DNA of 55,785 nucleotides, taken from positions 1-55,785 of the forward strand of contig VGJC01000003.1 in NCBI GenBank assembly GCA_016867635.1, in the 5' to 3' direction. Numbering within the stretch: position 1 is the first letter of the stretch; every line of letters begins with the position of its first letter. Shown piece after piece: positions 29,280 through 39,606 of the stretch. The DNA comes from Candidatus Aminicenantes bacterium. Lineage in GTDB: Bacteria; Acidobacteriota; Aminicenantia; Aminicenantales; Saccharicenantaceae. A model generated the notes under the pieces. It worked only from the letters and a program-made list of their open reading frames with translations, did not search any database and had not been told where the DNA came from. A program made the translations under genes and the position numbers.

Positions 29280-29846
29280 ATGTCGTTCATCTTCATTTTC
29301 GGGATAGCGGCGGCCCTGGCCATGGACTGCTTCGCCGTAGCTCTCGGATCGGCCGCCGGGGCCAAGGGGCTCAGCATGAGGCAGGCCGTGCGCATGGCCG
29401 GCTTCTTCGGAGGCTTCCAATTCTTCATGCCCGTCGTCGGCTGGCTCGCGGGGGCCCGGCTCCTCGGCCTCATCGGGGATTTCGACCACTGGGTCGCCTT
29501 CGGCCTCCTGGCGGCCGTCGGCGGCCACATGATCTACGAGTCGTTCGAGCTCAGCGAAGAGGAAAAAGAAGCCCGCCCTGACCGGACGCGCGGCAAGCGG
29601 CTGCTCGTCCTCTCGATCGCCACGAGCATCGATTCTCTGGCCGTGGGTCTGAGCCTGGGAGTCATGGGAGCGTCCATTCTCTACCCGGCCGCGGTCATCG
29701 GCTTGACGAGCTTCGTCATGACCGTCGTCGGGGCCAGGCTCGGCCCGGTCGTCGGCCGGTTGGCCGGGCGGCGCGCCGAGCTCGTCGGCGGTCTCGTTCT
29801 GATCGGGATCGGGGTCAAGATCCTCGTCGAACACCTCGGCGATTGA
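29280..29846 (+). CDS. mntP: Manganese efflux pump MntP
   Basis: LAMDCFAV, FQ..MP..GW, DHW.AF.LL, ATSIDSLAVG, AE..GG.VLI.IG; GGAGG RBS and TGnTATAAT upstream. Confidence 0.92.
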   Translation: MSFIFIFGIAAALAMDCFAVALGSAAGAKGLSMRQAVRMAGFFGGFQFFMPVVGWLAGARLLGLIGDFDHWVAFGLLAAVGGHMIYESFELSEEEKEARPDRTRGKRLLVLSIATSIDSLAVGLSLGVMGASILYPAAVIGLTSFVMTVVGARLGPVVGRLAGRRAELVGGLVLIGIGVKILVEHLGD

Positions 29847-29885
29847 ACGGAAGGGCCTTCGCCGCCTTACGGGGATCGTCCGTGA

Positions 29886-29947
29886 GAACGGGGGACATGA
29901 AGGAAACATGATGGGGGGGCATGGCGCTCCGGTCCGCGTCCCCGTTC
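29886..29947. repeat. Degenerate GGGGAC...GTCCCC palindrome between convergent mntP and menA
   Basis: GAACGGGGGACATG ... CGCGTCCCCGTTC imperfect inverted repeat related to the copies at 31799, 35468 and 35795. Confidence 0.5.
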
Positions 29948-29952
29948 CGGCC

Positions 29953-30888
29953 CTAAGACAGAAGGACGGCGGCTGTGCTGAGGAGCCCGAAGATCAGATG
30001 GTGCCGGGCCGTGGCTCCGTCCAGGGCCAGAAAATCGAGCGTCGAGCGCGGCGCGGCCCGGCGGACGGCCCGGCCCCAGAGCCGGAGGGCGTTGGGCAGG
30101 GCCAAAAAAACGAGCAAGAAGGTCAGCGGCATCGGCCTCAGACCGAAGTCGAAGAACCGGGGAACGGTCATCAAGGCCGGGGTCAGGAGGAACGGGGAGA
30201 AGAGCAGGGCCCCGTAATAGACGAGCGAGCCGCGGCCGCCGAGCAGCGCGGCGACGGTGACGATCCCTCGACCGCGGTCGGAGCTCATGTCGCGCCAGTT
30301 GTTGGCGTGGAGGATGGCCGGTACGAGCAGGGCCATGGGCACGGCCCAAACGACGGGCAGCCACGAGAAGGACCGCGCCTGGACGATCCAGGCTCCGAGC
30401 GCGCCGAGGAGGCCGAAGCTCAGGAAGACGGCCAGGTCGCCGAGCGCGAAGATCTTGAGCAGCGAGTAGGATGCCCCGACGCCCACGCCGACAGCGCCCA
30501 CGATAAGCAGGGCCGTGCCGGTCATGCGCGCCAGAAGCAGCCCCGAGGCCGCTCCCGCGGCGAACAGGAGGAGCGATCCGCGCAGGACCTGGCGCCCGGA
30601 GAGCAGGCCGCGGACGATGGCCCCGCTGCTGGGCGTGATGTCGCGGTCGAGACCGCGGCGGCCGTCGAAGACGTCGCTGAGCATATTGGCCGCCGAGTGC
30701 AGGGCCATCATGGTCAGGAGGGCCCACAGGAACCGCCCGACGGAGAGCGGGGCATCGCTGATGACCCAAGCCAGGGCCGTGCCGAAGACGACGGGCATGG
30801 AGGAGGCCGGCAGGGCCCAGGGCCGGGCGGCGATGAGCCAGCGCCTAAGGGCGCGAACGGGGCCGGGCGGCTTGGTGTTCTCCGTCAC
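29953..30888 (-). CDS. menA: UbiA-family prenyltransferase (MenA-like)
   Basis: W..AARP..L..S, N..SD.FD...GLD, LGD..VF..FG, NNWRD...D...G..T.A; polytopic membrane protein. Confidence 0.82.
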   Translation of the reverse strand: MTENTKPPGPVRALRRWLIAARPWALPASSMPVVFGTALAWVISDAPLSVGRFLWALLTMMALHSAANMLSDVFDGRRGLDRDITPSSGAIVRGLLSGRQVLRGSLLLFAAGAASGLLLARMTGTALLIVGAVGVGVGASYSLLKIFALGDLAVFLSFGLLGALGAWIVQARSFSWLPVVWAVPMALLVPAILHANNWRDMSSDRGRGIVTVAALLGGRGSLVYYGALLFSPFLLTPALMTVPRFFDFGLRPMPLTFLLVFLALPNALRLWGRAVRRAAPRSTLDFLALDGATARHHLIFGLLSTAAVLLS

Positions 30889-30936
30889 GCCCCGTTGTAT
30901 AGCACAAGCCCCGGAATAGTGGCAAGGCCGGCCCGC

Positions 30937-30965
30937 TTGACTTCCCGGAGGGGCATTCATATGCT
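30937..30965 (+). promoter_or_regulatory. Putative sigma70 promoter of the SDR gene
   Basis: TTGACT-N17-TATGCT. Confidence 0.5.
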
Positions 30966-31032
30966 GGATTTTCTCCGGGCGCGGCCGGCCGAGGTCCGAC
31001 GGGCCGCATCCGGGCCGGGAAGGAGGGCGGAC

Positions 31033-31809
31033 ATGGCATCTCTCAAGAACAAGATCGTCTTCGTCACCGGCGCGAGCGCCGGCATCGGGCAGGCCTGCGC
31101 GCGCGCCTTCGCCGCCTCGGGAGCGGCGATCCTGATGTGCGCCCGGCGCCTCGAGCGTATCGACATGCTCGCGGAAGAGCTGCGGGAGGATCTCGGGGTC
31201 AGGGCCCACGCCTTCTCCCTCGACGTCCGGGACCGGGAGGCGGTCGAGAAAGCCGTCGAGGGACTGCCCGAGGAGTGGCGGGCCGTCGAGGTCCTGATCA
31301 ACAACGCCGGCCTCAGCCGGGGCCTGCACAAGTTTCACGAGGGCCTGGTCAGCGATTGGGACGAGATGATCGACGCCAACGTCAAGGGACTTCTCTACGT
31401 CAGCCGGGCCGTCATTCCGGGCATGGTCGCGAGGGGCGGCGGGCACGTCATCAACATCGGTTCCATCGCCGGCCGGGAAGTCTATCCCATGGGCAACGTC
31501 TACTGCGCCACGAAGTACGCCGTCCGGGCCCTGTCCAAAGGGCTGAGGCTCGACCTCAGCGGCACTCCCGTCCGGGTCAGCGAGGTCGCTCCCGGCCTGG
31601 TCGAGACGGAGTTCAGCCTGGTCCGGTTCCACGGCGACGCGGAACGGGCCGGGAAGGTCTATCAGGGCTACAGGCCCCTCAGACCCGAAGATGTCGCCGA
31701 CGCCGCCGTCTGGTGCGCCACCCGGCCGCCCCACGTCAGCATCGCCGAGGTCGTGGTCATGCCCACAGACCAGGCCTCGACGACCCTCGTCCACAAAAGG
31801 GGGACATGA
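31033..31809 (+). CDS. SDR oxidoreductase, YdfG-like (NADP-dependent 3-hydroxy acid dehydrogenase)
   Basis: TGASAGIG, ARR, NNAG, GSIAG, YCATK, PGLVETEFS.VRF.GD. Confidence 0.9.
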   Translation: MASLKNKIVFVTGASAGIGQACARAFAASGAAILMCARRLERIDMLAEELREDLGVRAHAFSLDVRDREAVEKAVEGLPEEWRAVEVLINNAGLSRGLHKFHEGLVSDWDEMIDANVKGLLYVSRAVIPGMVARGGGHVINIGSIAGREVYPMGNVYCATKYAVRALSKGLRLDLSGTPVRVSEVAPGLVETEFSLVRFHGDAERAGKVYQGYRPLRPEDVADAAVWCATRPPHVSIAEVVVMPTDQASTTLVHKRGT

Positions 31810-31876
31810 TACCTATTTCCCCTTTTTCTCGGAGAACTTCCGGCCCGGAAAATAGGAAATAGGTATCATGTCCCCC
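31799..31876. repeat. 22-bp perfect inverted repeat (REP-like, possibly a bidirectional terminator)
   Basis: GGGGGACATGATACCTATTTCC (31799-31820) / GGAAATAGGTATCATGTCCCCC (31855-31876) between the convergent SDR and MFS genes. Confidence 0.9.
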
Positions 31877-31878
31877 AT

Positions 31879-33078
31879 TTAGCGGCGGCCGGCGGCCATT
31901 TTGGCCGCGGCGGGCAGGCGGCGGAGCCGGAGCATGGCCCAGATCCCGACGGCCGGGCCGAGGGCCAGGAAGGCGAACGCCCAGCGCCAGGTGACGAGGC
32001 GCTCGAGGGTCGGGACGAGGCGGATGGTCACGAGCGTCAGGAGGAACCCCAGGCTGGTCTGGAGCGTGAGGGCCGTGCCCGTCCGCTCGGCCGGGCAGAG
32101 CTCGCTGATGCCGGCCGAGAATTGGGCCGAGTCGGCCACCACCGCGAAGCCCCAGACGAAGCAGAACCCGGCGAGCAGCCACGGGTTCCCCCCGAAGAGA
32201 AGGCCCGCGGTGAGGCAGCACAGGCCGCTCACGGCCATGGCCCCGGAAGTGACGGCGGTCCTTCCCAGCCGGTCGGCGAGGCGCCCGGCGACCAGGCTCC
32301 CGGCGCCGCCCGCCGCGATGAAGACGAAAGCGGCCAGGCTGGCCCACGATTCGTCGACCCCCCGGGCCCGGAAGCCGGCGACGAGAAAGACCGGCACCCA
32401 GGTCCAGGCGGCGTACAGCTCCCACATGTGACCGAAATAGCCCAGGTTGGCCAAGGCCGTCCCCCGGTCCCGCCACATGTCGATGACATACTTGCGATCG
32501 AACGCCGCGGCCGCCGTTCGAAAGGGGCCCTCGCGGACGAACCGGACGGCGATGAGGCCGCCGCTCACGGCCAAAGCTCCGCTCACAAGAGGAACAAGCC
32601 GCCAGTCCTTGACCCCGCCGACGACCTTGAGCAGATGGGGCGCCGCCTTGCCCAACGTCAGAGCGCCGACCAGAAGCCCGACCCCGAAGCCCCGGTCTTC
32701 CTTGGTCCAGGTGGCCATGATCTTCATCCCGACCGGATACACCCCGGCCAGCAGGAGGCCGGTCAGGAAGCGGAGGCCGAGCACCAGGCCGAAAGCCTCT
32801 CCCGCCGCCGGGATAAGGCCCGTGGCTGCGCCTGCCAGAACGCAGGACAGGGCGAAAAGCCTGGGGGCCGGGACGCGGTCGGCCAGATTGAGAACGGCCG
32901 AACCCAGGGCCCCGGCGACGAACCCGATCTGGACGGACATGGTCAGCCAGGCCTGGCTCGAAGCGCTCAACTTCCAAGCGGCCGCCAGCGCCGGGACGAC
33001 CGCCGAGGCCGAGAACCACACGGACATCGCCAGCAGCTCCACGAGCGACAGGAGGACCAGGGCTCGCCGTTTGGCCAT
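31879..33078 (-). CDS. MFS transporter
   Basis: About 12 hydrophobic helices; WFSASAV, GVYP.GMK, GYFGHMWELYA, G.LADRLGR, ADSAQFS. Confidence 0.9.
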   Translation of the reverse strand: MAKRRALVLLSLVELLAMSVWFSASAVVPALAAAWKLSASSQAWLTMSVQIGFVAGALGSAVLNLADRVPAPRLFALSCVLAGAATGLIPAAGEAFGLVLGLRFLTGLLLAGVYPVGMKIMATWTKEDRGFGVGLLVGALTLGKAAPHLLKVVGGVKDWRLVPLVSGALAVSGGLIAVRFVREGPFRTAAAAFDRKYVIDMWRDRGTALANLGYFGHMWELYAAWTWVPVFLVAGFRARGVDESWASLAAFVFIAAGGAGSLVAGRLADRLGRTAVTSGAMAVSGLCCLTAGLLFGGNPWLLAGFCFVWGFAVVADSAQFSAGISELCPAERTGTALTLQTSLGFLLTLVTIRLVPTLERLVTWRWAFAFLALGPAVGIWAMLRLRRLPAAAKMAAGRR

Positions 33079-33154
33079 CGGCGCCCATTGTCGCCCAGAC
33101 CGGCCGCGGACGCAAGGACCGGGCGAACAGCCGGCGCTCCGCCCGTTGACTTTC

Positions 33155-33232
33155 GCCGCCCACACCCCCGAAATGATCGCCTTCGCCCTCGATAGGTTCC
33201 GCAAGGTGGGCAAGCGCCTCGGCGCGCTTTGA
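33155..33232 (+). pseudogene. Possible C-terminal remnant of an alpha-oxoamine synthase (BioF/Kbl/SPT family) gene
   Basis: Intergenic frame reads AAHTPEMIAFALDRFRKVGKRLGAL*, resembling the family C-terminus; compare this window's Kbl, AGHETRHLDKALDAFVKVGRKFDIL. Confidence 0.5.
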
Positions 33233-33256
33233 CATTTCGGGGCGCTCCTTTATAAT
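33229..33256 (+). promoter_or_regulatory. Sigma70 promoter of the acpS-acs-acp-kbl operon
   Basis: Perfect hexamers TTGACA-N16-TATAAT, 100 bp upstream of acpS. Confidence 0.7.
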
Positions 33257-33355
33257 AAAGGTCCGTTTTTCCAGGGCCGACGAGCGGCCCGGCCGCCTCC
33301 GGGCGGCCCGGGCGCCCCAGGCCCGCTCATCCAGGGACGAAAGGCACGCAAACCG

Positions 33356-33745
33356 TTGATCTTCGGGGCCGGAACGGACATCATCGAAGTCCAGCGGGTC
33401 GAGGACAAGCTCCTGCGCACCGGCGGCCTCAAGGACCGGCTGTTCACGGCCCGCGAGATCGCCTACTGCGAGTCCAAGCACCGCCCGGCCCTGCACTTCG
33501 CGGCCCGGTTCGCGGCCAAGGAGGCCTTCCTCAAGGCCATGGGGACGGGCTGGTCGGGCGGCCACAAGTTCTCCGAGATCGAGGTCGTCAACAACGCCCT
33601 CGGCAAGCCCGAGCTCTTCGTCCACGGCAAGGTCCGGGAGTTTTGCGAGACCCACGGCATCGCGGCCATGGAAGTCTCGCTGACCCATATCAAGGACGTG
33701 GCCTCCGCGGTCGTCGTCCTCGAGAAAGAACCGACATCGACTTGA
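33356..33745 (+). CDS. acpS: Holo-ACP synthase (4'-phosphopantetheinyl transferase)
   Basis: G.DIIE..R, FT..E..YC, AARFAAKEA..KA.GTG, GKP, SLTH. Confidence 0.95.
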   Translation: MIFGAGTDIIEVQRVEDKLLRTGGLKDRLFTAREIAYCESKHRPALHFAARFAAKEAFLKAMGTGWSGGHKFSEIEVVNNALGKPELFVHGKVREFCETHGIAAMEVSLTHIKDVASAVVVLEKEPTST

Positions 33746-33762
33746 ACGGAGAAGGATCGCCC

Positions 33763-35466
<1,704 letters not shown>

Positions 35467-35467
35467 C

Positions 35468-35510
35468 GGGGACATGTTCGGAATTTTCTTGAATTCGGTA
35501 CGTGTCCCCC
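35468..35510. repeat. GGGGACATG...CGTGTCCCC hairpin repeat upstream of the ACP gene
   Basis: GGGGACATGTTC...CGGTACGTGTCCCCC; same arms as 35795-35837. Confidence 0.8.
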
Positions 35511-35532
35511 ACTTGAATAAAGGAGCTTTCTC

Positions 35533-35787
35533 ATGGCCGAAGAACTGAAAAACATCGTCCTCGACTACGTCACCAAAGAGTACCTCGAGGACGACAGCGA
35601 GCCGTTGACCTACGAGACGCCCCTCATCTCGGGCGGCATCGTCGACTCGTTCTCGATGGTCTCCCTGAAGCGCTTCCTCGAGAACAAGTACGCGATCTCC
35701 ATCCCCGACGACGAGGCCACGCCCGAGGCCTTCGACTCGGTCAACAAGATCGTGTCCCTCGTCGAGCGCTTCCTGGCCAAAAAATAG
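35533..35787 (+). CDS. Stand-alone acyl carrier protein
   Basis: 84-aa acidic protein with the GIVDSFSM phosphopantetheine attachment motif; AAGGAG RBS. Confidence 0.9.
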   Translation: MAEELKNIVLDYVTKEYLEDDSEPLTYETPLISGGIVDSFSMVSLKRFLENKYAISIPDDEATPEAFDSVNKIVSLVERFLAKK

Positions 35788-35794
35788 GGACGAT

Positions 35795-35837
35795 GGGGAC
35801 ATGTTCCGGTTCCTCTCGGATCCGGTACGTGTCCCCC
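35795..35837. repeat. GGGGACATG...CGTGTCCCC hairpin repeat downstream of the ACP gene
   Basis: GGGGACATGTTCCGG...CCGGTACGTGTCCCCC. Confidence 0.8.
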
Positions 35838-35859
35838 TATTAAGATGAGGAGTTAATCC

Positions 35860-37107
35860 ATGGCCTACAGCGATAAGATCCGCGAAACCTACCTGAACCA
35901 GCTCCGGGGCATCCGGGAGGCCGGCCTCTTCAAGCAGGAGCGGTTCATCCACTCGCCCCAGGCGGCCGACATCGAGGTCGAGTTCCCGGCCGGCTCGCCC
36001 CTCAAGAAGGTCATCAACATGTGCGCCAACAACTACCTCGGGCTGTCGTCCCACCCCGACGTGGTCCAAGCGGCGCACGAGGGGCTCGAAACGCGCGGCT
36101 ACGGCATGTCGTCGGTCCGCTTCATCTGCGGCACCCAGGACATCCACCGCGAGCTCGAGGCCCGGCTGACGGAGTTCCTGGGCACCGAGGACACCCTGCT
36201 CTTCCCGTCCTGCATGGACGCCAACGCCGGGGTCTTCGAGGCCGTCCTGACCAAGGACGACGTCATCATCTCCGACCGCCTCGTCCACGCCTCGCTCATC
36301 GACGGCATCCGCCTCTGCTCCGCCATGCACGACACGATCAAGCACTCCGACATGGGGCACCTCGAGGAGAAGCTCCAGCTCCACGCCGACAAGCGCTTCA
36401 AGCTGGTCGTCACCGACGGCGTCTTCAGCATGGACGGCGACACGGCCAAGCTCGACGAGATGGTCGCCGTCTGCGAGAAGCACGACGCCATGGTCCTGGT
36501 CGACGAGTCCCACGCTTCCGGCTTCATCGGCAAGACCGGCCGGGGGACCCACGAGAAGTGCGGGGTCGTCGGCAAGATGGACATCATCACGACGACCTTC
36601 GGCAAGGCCCTCGGCGGGGCCTCCGGGGGCTGCGTTTCCGGACGCCGCGAGCTCGTCGAGCTGTGCCGGCAGCGGGCCCGTCCGTATCTGTTCTCGAACA
36701 CCATCGCCCCGGTCGTCGTCGCCGGCGTCCTCAAGGTCATGGACATCATCTCCAAGTCGACCGAGCGGCGGGACAAGCTCGAGCGGAACGCGGCCTACTG
36801 GCGCAAGGGCCTGACCGAGGCCGGGTTCGCCCTCAAGGAAGGGGACACGCCCATCGTGCCCGTCATGCTCTTCAACGCCAAACTGGCCCAGGACTTCTCG
36901 CGGGCCCTCTACGACGAGGGCATCTACGCCGTCGGCTTCTTCTTCCCGGTCGTGCCCCAAAGCCAGGCCCGCATCCGGACCCAGATCTCGGCCGGCCACG
37001 AGACCCGTCACCTCGACAAGGCTTTGGACGCCTTCGTCAAGGTCGGCCGGAAGTTCGACATCCTGGGCAAGACGAAGCAGGAGATCATCGCCAAGTACGG
37101 GATGTAG
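35860..37107 (+). CDS. kbl: Glycine C-acetyltransferase (2-amino-3-ketobutyrate CoA ligase)-like PLP enzyme
   Basis: CANNYLGL, SVRFICGTQDIH, HASLIDG, DGVFSMDG, DESH, TFGKALGGASGG (PLP Lys), RQRARPYLFS, ARIRTQISA.H. Confidence 0.92.
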   Translation: MAYSDKIRETYLNQLRGIREAGLFKQERFIHSPQAADIEVEFPAGSPLKKVINMCANNYLGLSSHPDVVQAAHEGLETRGYGMSSVRFICGTQDIHRELEARLTEFLGTEDTLLFPSCMDANAGVFEAVLTKDDVIISDRLVHASLIDGIRLCSAMHDTIKHSDMGHLEEKLQLHADKRFKLVVTDGVFSMDGDTAKLDEMVAVCEKHDAMVLVDESHASGFIGKTGRGTHEKCGVVGKMDIITTTFGKALGGASGGCVSGRRELVELCRQRARPYLFSNTIAPVVVAGVLKVMDIISKSTERRDKLERNAAYWRKGLTEAGFALKEGDTPIVPVMLFNAKLAQDFSRALYDEGIYAVGFFFPVVPQSQARIRTQISAGHETRHLDKALDAFVKVGRKFDILGKTKQEIIAKYGM

Positions 37108-37126
37108 GGGGCAGGAAAACAGGGCA

Positions 37127-37172
37127 AGGGACGGCCCGGGGCCGCGCGGCCTTGAGCCGTCCCTCTTTTTTT
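37127..37172 (+). terminator. Rho-independent terminator after kbl
   Basis: AGGGACGGC/GCCGTCCCT stem with an inner GGCC hairpin, followed by a T7 run. Confidence 0.75.
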
Positions 37173-37179
37173 CGCGCGG

Positions 37180-39105
37180 TCAGGCGGCCGCCCGGGCCTC
37201 GCCCTTGGCCGCGGCCCGGGTGAGCAGGGACACGACGATGAGAGTCAGGAAGCTCAGCGGGATCGAGACGATGCCGGGGTTCTTCAGGGGGAACGGCGCC
37301 GTCAGCGGGTCCTTGCCGTAGAGCTCGTACATCGTCGGCGAGAAGAGGATCAGGCCGATCGACGAGAAGACGCCGACGAAGATCGACGCCGTGATGCCCC
37401 GGGCGGTCGTCCGTTTCCAGAACAGCATCATGACGATCGACGGCAGGTTGGCTGAAGCCGCCACGGCGAAGGCCAACCCGACCAAGAAAGTGACGTTGAC
37501 GCCCTTGAAGAGGATCCCCAGAACGATGGCCAGCGCCCCGACGGCGAAGGCGACGACCTTGCCGGCGTTGACCTTCTGCCGGTCGCTCTTGATGACATTG
37601 GCGTAGCGGTCGAGCAGGTCATGGGCGACGGCGCCGGAAGCGGCAATGATCAGGCCGCTCACCGTGCCCAGGACGGTGGCGAAGGCGATGGCCGAGATCA
37701 TGGCGAACAGGAACGTCCCGAAGGACCGGGCCAGCAGCGGCGCCGACATGTTGTCGTCGAGCAGGTTGACGACCCCGTTGGTCATGGCCCCCAGGCCCAT
37801 GAACAGGGTCAGGATGTAGAAGAAGCCGATCCCGGCGATGGCCACGATGGTCGACTTGCGGGCGGCCGCCGGGCTGGGGACGGTGTAGTAGCGGATGAGG
37901 ATGTGCGGCAGGGCCGCGGTGCCCAGGAAGAGGGCCAGCATGAGCGACAGGAAGTCGATCCGGTCGGTCGACGTGCCCTCGACCTTGAAGCGCTGCCCCG
38001 GCCTGAGGATCTTGTTGCCGGCGGCCAGGACGGGGTAGTGCACCGTCAGCCGGCCCCCGTCGTCCTCGAACGAGGCGTTCTTCCAGAGCTTGACCCGGCT
38101 GTCGCGGTCCCCGATGAGCGACAGGAACTTGAAGGGGCCCAGGGGGCCGGTCTCGGCCGCCTCGCCCGTCCGTCCGGCGATCACGGCCATGTTGCCGACG
38201 GTGCGCAGCTGGTTCTCCCGGGAGGCCGGGGCTCCGTTGAAGGTCTGCGTCCCGTCGGCCAGGCGCGCCGCGAACTGCGACTCGAGGAGCGTCAGGCCGC
38301 CCGCCGCGGGGTCGGCCTCGACCTTCCACCAGCTCTCCTGCCCGTCGCGCAGGAGCTTGACGAAGCGCAGGCCATTGGCCTCGCGCACGGCCGCGATCTG
38401 CCAGGCCGGGTCCTCGAGCGCGAGCGACCCGCCGGCCTCGGTCGCGGCCAGGGTCCGGTATTCCTGGAACGGCACGCGGCCGCCCTGGTCGGGCTTGGTC
38501 GAAAGGCCCCGGATCAGGACGACCGTCACCAGGACGAGCGAGAACACCAGAAGGAGGGCGCCCTTGATGAACTGGACGTAGGTCGTCGAGGTCATGCCGG
38601 CCGTGGCCACGATGGTGATGACGATCAGGCCCACGAGGACGACGCCGACGGCGTGGGGCAGCCCGAGGAGGGGCGTCACCAGGACGCCCGCGCCGACCAT
38701 CTGGGGGATCAGGTAACAGATGGAAACCAGCAAGGTGCTGATGGCGGCCATCAGCTTGATCCCGCGATGGTTGTAGTTCGCGTCGAGGGCGTCCGTGAAG
38801 GTGTACTTGCCCAGCCGCTTGAGGGGCTCGGCGACGATGAACAGAGCGACCACCCAGCCGGCCAGGTACCCGATGGAGTAGAGAAAGCCGTCGTAGCCGG
38901 CCGTGGCGATCATGCCGCAGATGCCGAGGAAGGACGCGGCCGACAGGTAGTCGCCGGCGAAGGCGACGCCGTTGACGCCCCAATGGATCCGGCTGCCGGC
39001 GGCGTAGTAGCCGCTGGCCGACTTGGCCCGCCCGGCGAAATAGAAGGAGATGCCGAGGACGAAGCCGACGAAGAGGACGAACAGGACGATCGAAAGGACG
39101 TTCAT
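37180..39105 (-). CDS. actP: Cation/acetate symporter ActP (SSS family) with a large insertion
   Basis: NG.A.AGDYLSAASFLG, AEPL..LG.YTF.D, YLIPQMVGAG, GTAALPHIL.R.Y, AFATVLGTVSGL, AFAVAASANLP. Confidence 0.9.
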   Translation of the reverse strand: MNVLSIVLFVLFVGFVLGISFYFAGRAKSASGYYAAGSRIHWGVNGVAFAGDYLSAASFLGICGMIATAGYDGFLYSIGYLAGWVVALFIVAEPLKRLGKYTFTDALDANYNHRGIKLMAAISTLLVSICYLIPQMVGAGVLVTPLLGLPHAVGVVLVGLIVITIVATAGMTSTTYVQFIKGALLLVFSLVLVTVVLIRGLSTKPDQGGRVPFQEYRTLAATEAGGSLALEDPAWQIAAVREANGLRFVKLLRDGQESWWKVEADPAAGGLTLLESQFAARLADGTQTFNGAPASRENQLRTVGNMAVIAGRTGEAAETGPLGPFKFLSLIGDRDSRVKLWKNASFEDDGGRLTVHYPVLAAGNKILRPGQRFKVEGTSTDRIDFLSLMLALFLGTAALPHILIRYYTVPSPAAARKSTIVAIAGIGFFYILTLFMGLGAMTNGVVNLLDDNMSAPLLARSFGTFLFAMISAIAFATVLGTVSGLIIAASGAVAHDLLDRYANVIKSDRQKVNAGKVVAFAVGALAIVLGILFKGVNVTFLVGLAFAVAASANLPSIVMMLFWKRTTARGITASIFVGVFSSIGLILFSPTMYELYGKDPLTAPFPLKNPGIVSIPLSFLTLIVVSLLTRAAAKGEARAAA

Positions 39106-39395
39106 GCCCGCCCTCCCTGGGGATCGGCCCCTTGGAGGCGCTTCTCCCGCCGGCCGCAGGCCCGGTTATAGATGAGGGCCAGGAGGAGGGCGAAGACGAT
39201 CAGGCCGAAGCCGTAGACGACGGCCAGATTCAGCCCGCCGAACAGGACCTTCTCCATGGCGCTCGGCCTGACCAGGTTGATGACGACGAAACCGGCGTAG
39301 ACGAGCGCGTAGAGAATGAACATCCAGGCGCCCAGGCGCCGCTTGTACGAGAAAGCGGGGTCCGCCCCCGTTTTCGCCGCTGGTTCATGCAACAT
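39102..39395 (-). CDS. DUF485/YjcH-like small membrane protein
   Basis: Two TM helices; translationally coupled upstream of actP, the usual yjcH-actP arrangement. Confidence 0.82.
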   Translation of the reverse strand: MLHEPAAKTGADPAFSYKRRLGAWMFILYALVYAGFVVINLVRPSAMEKVLFGGLNLAVVYGFGLIVFALLLALIYNRACGRREKRLQGADPQGGRA

Positions 39396-39544
39396 GGGCC
39401 TCTGCCCTCCTTTTTTTGTGTCCGGCCGGCCTGTTCCGGCCCGTGTATGGGCCCGTCCGGCTGCTCGCGTGGCTAGCCTTTATCTCATAGCCGGGGGAAA
39501 AAATCAAGGACGCGGGCCGGGCCCGGCGCGGGCGGGACGGGCTA

Positions 39545-39574
39545 TTGACAGCGTTTCCGCGGAGGTGCTATGGT
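39545..39574 (+). promoter_or_regulatory. Putative sigma70 promoter of the PHP-Cache-NTase gene
   Basis: TTGACA-N18-TATGGT with an extended -10 TG. Confidence 0.55.
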
Positions 39575-39606
39575 GGGGCGGCCCCCTCGAGGGACCCGGA
39601 AGCCAA

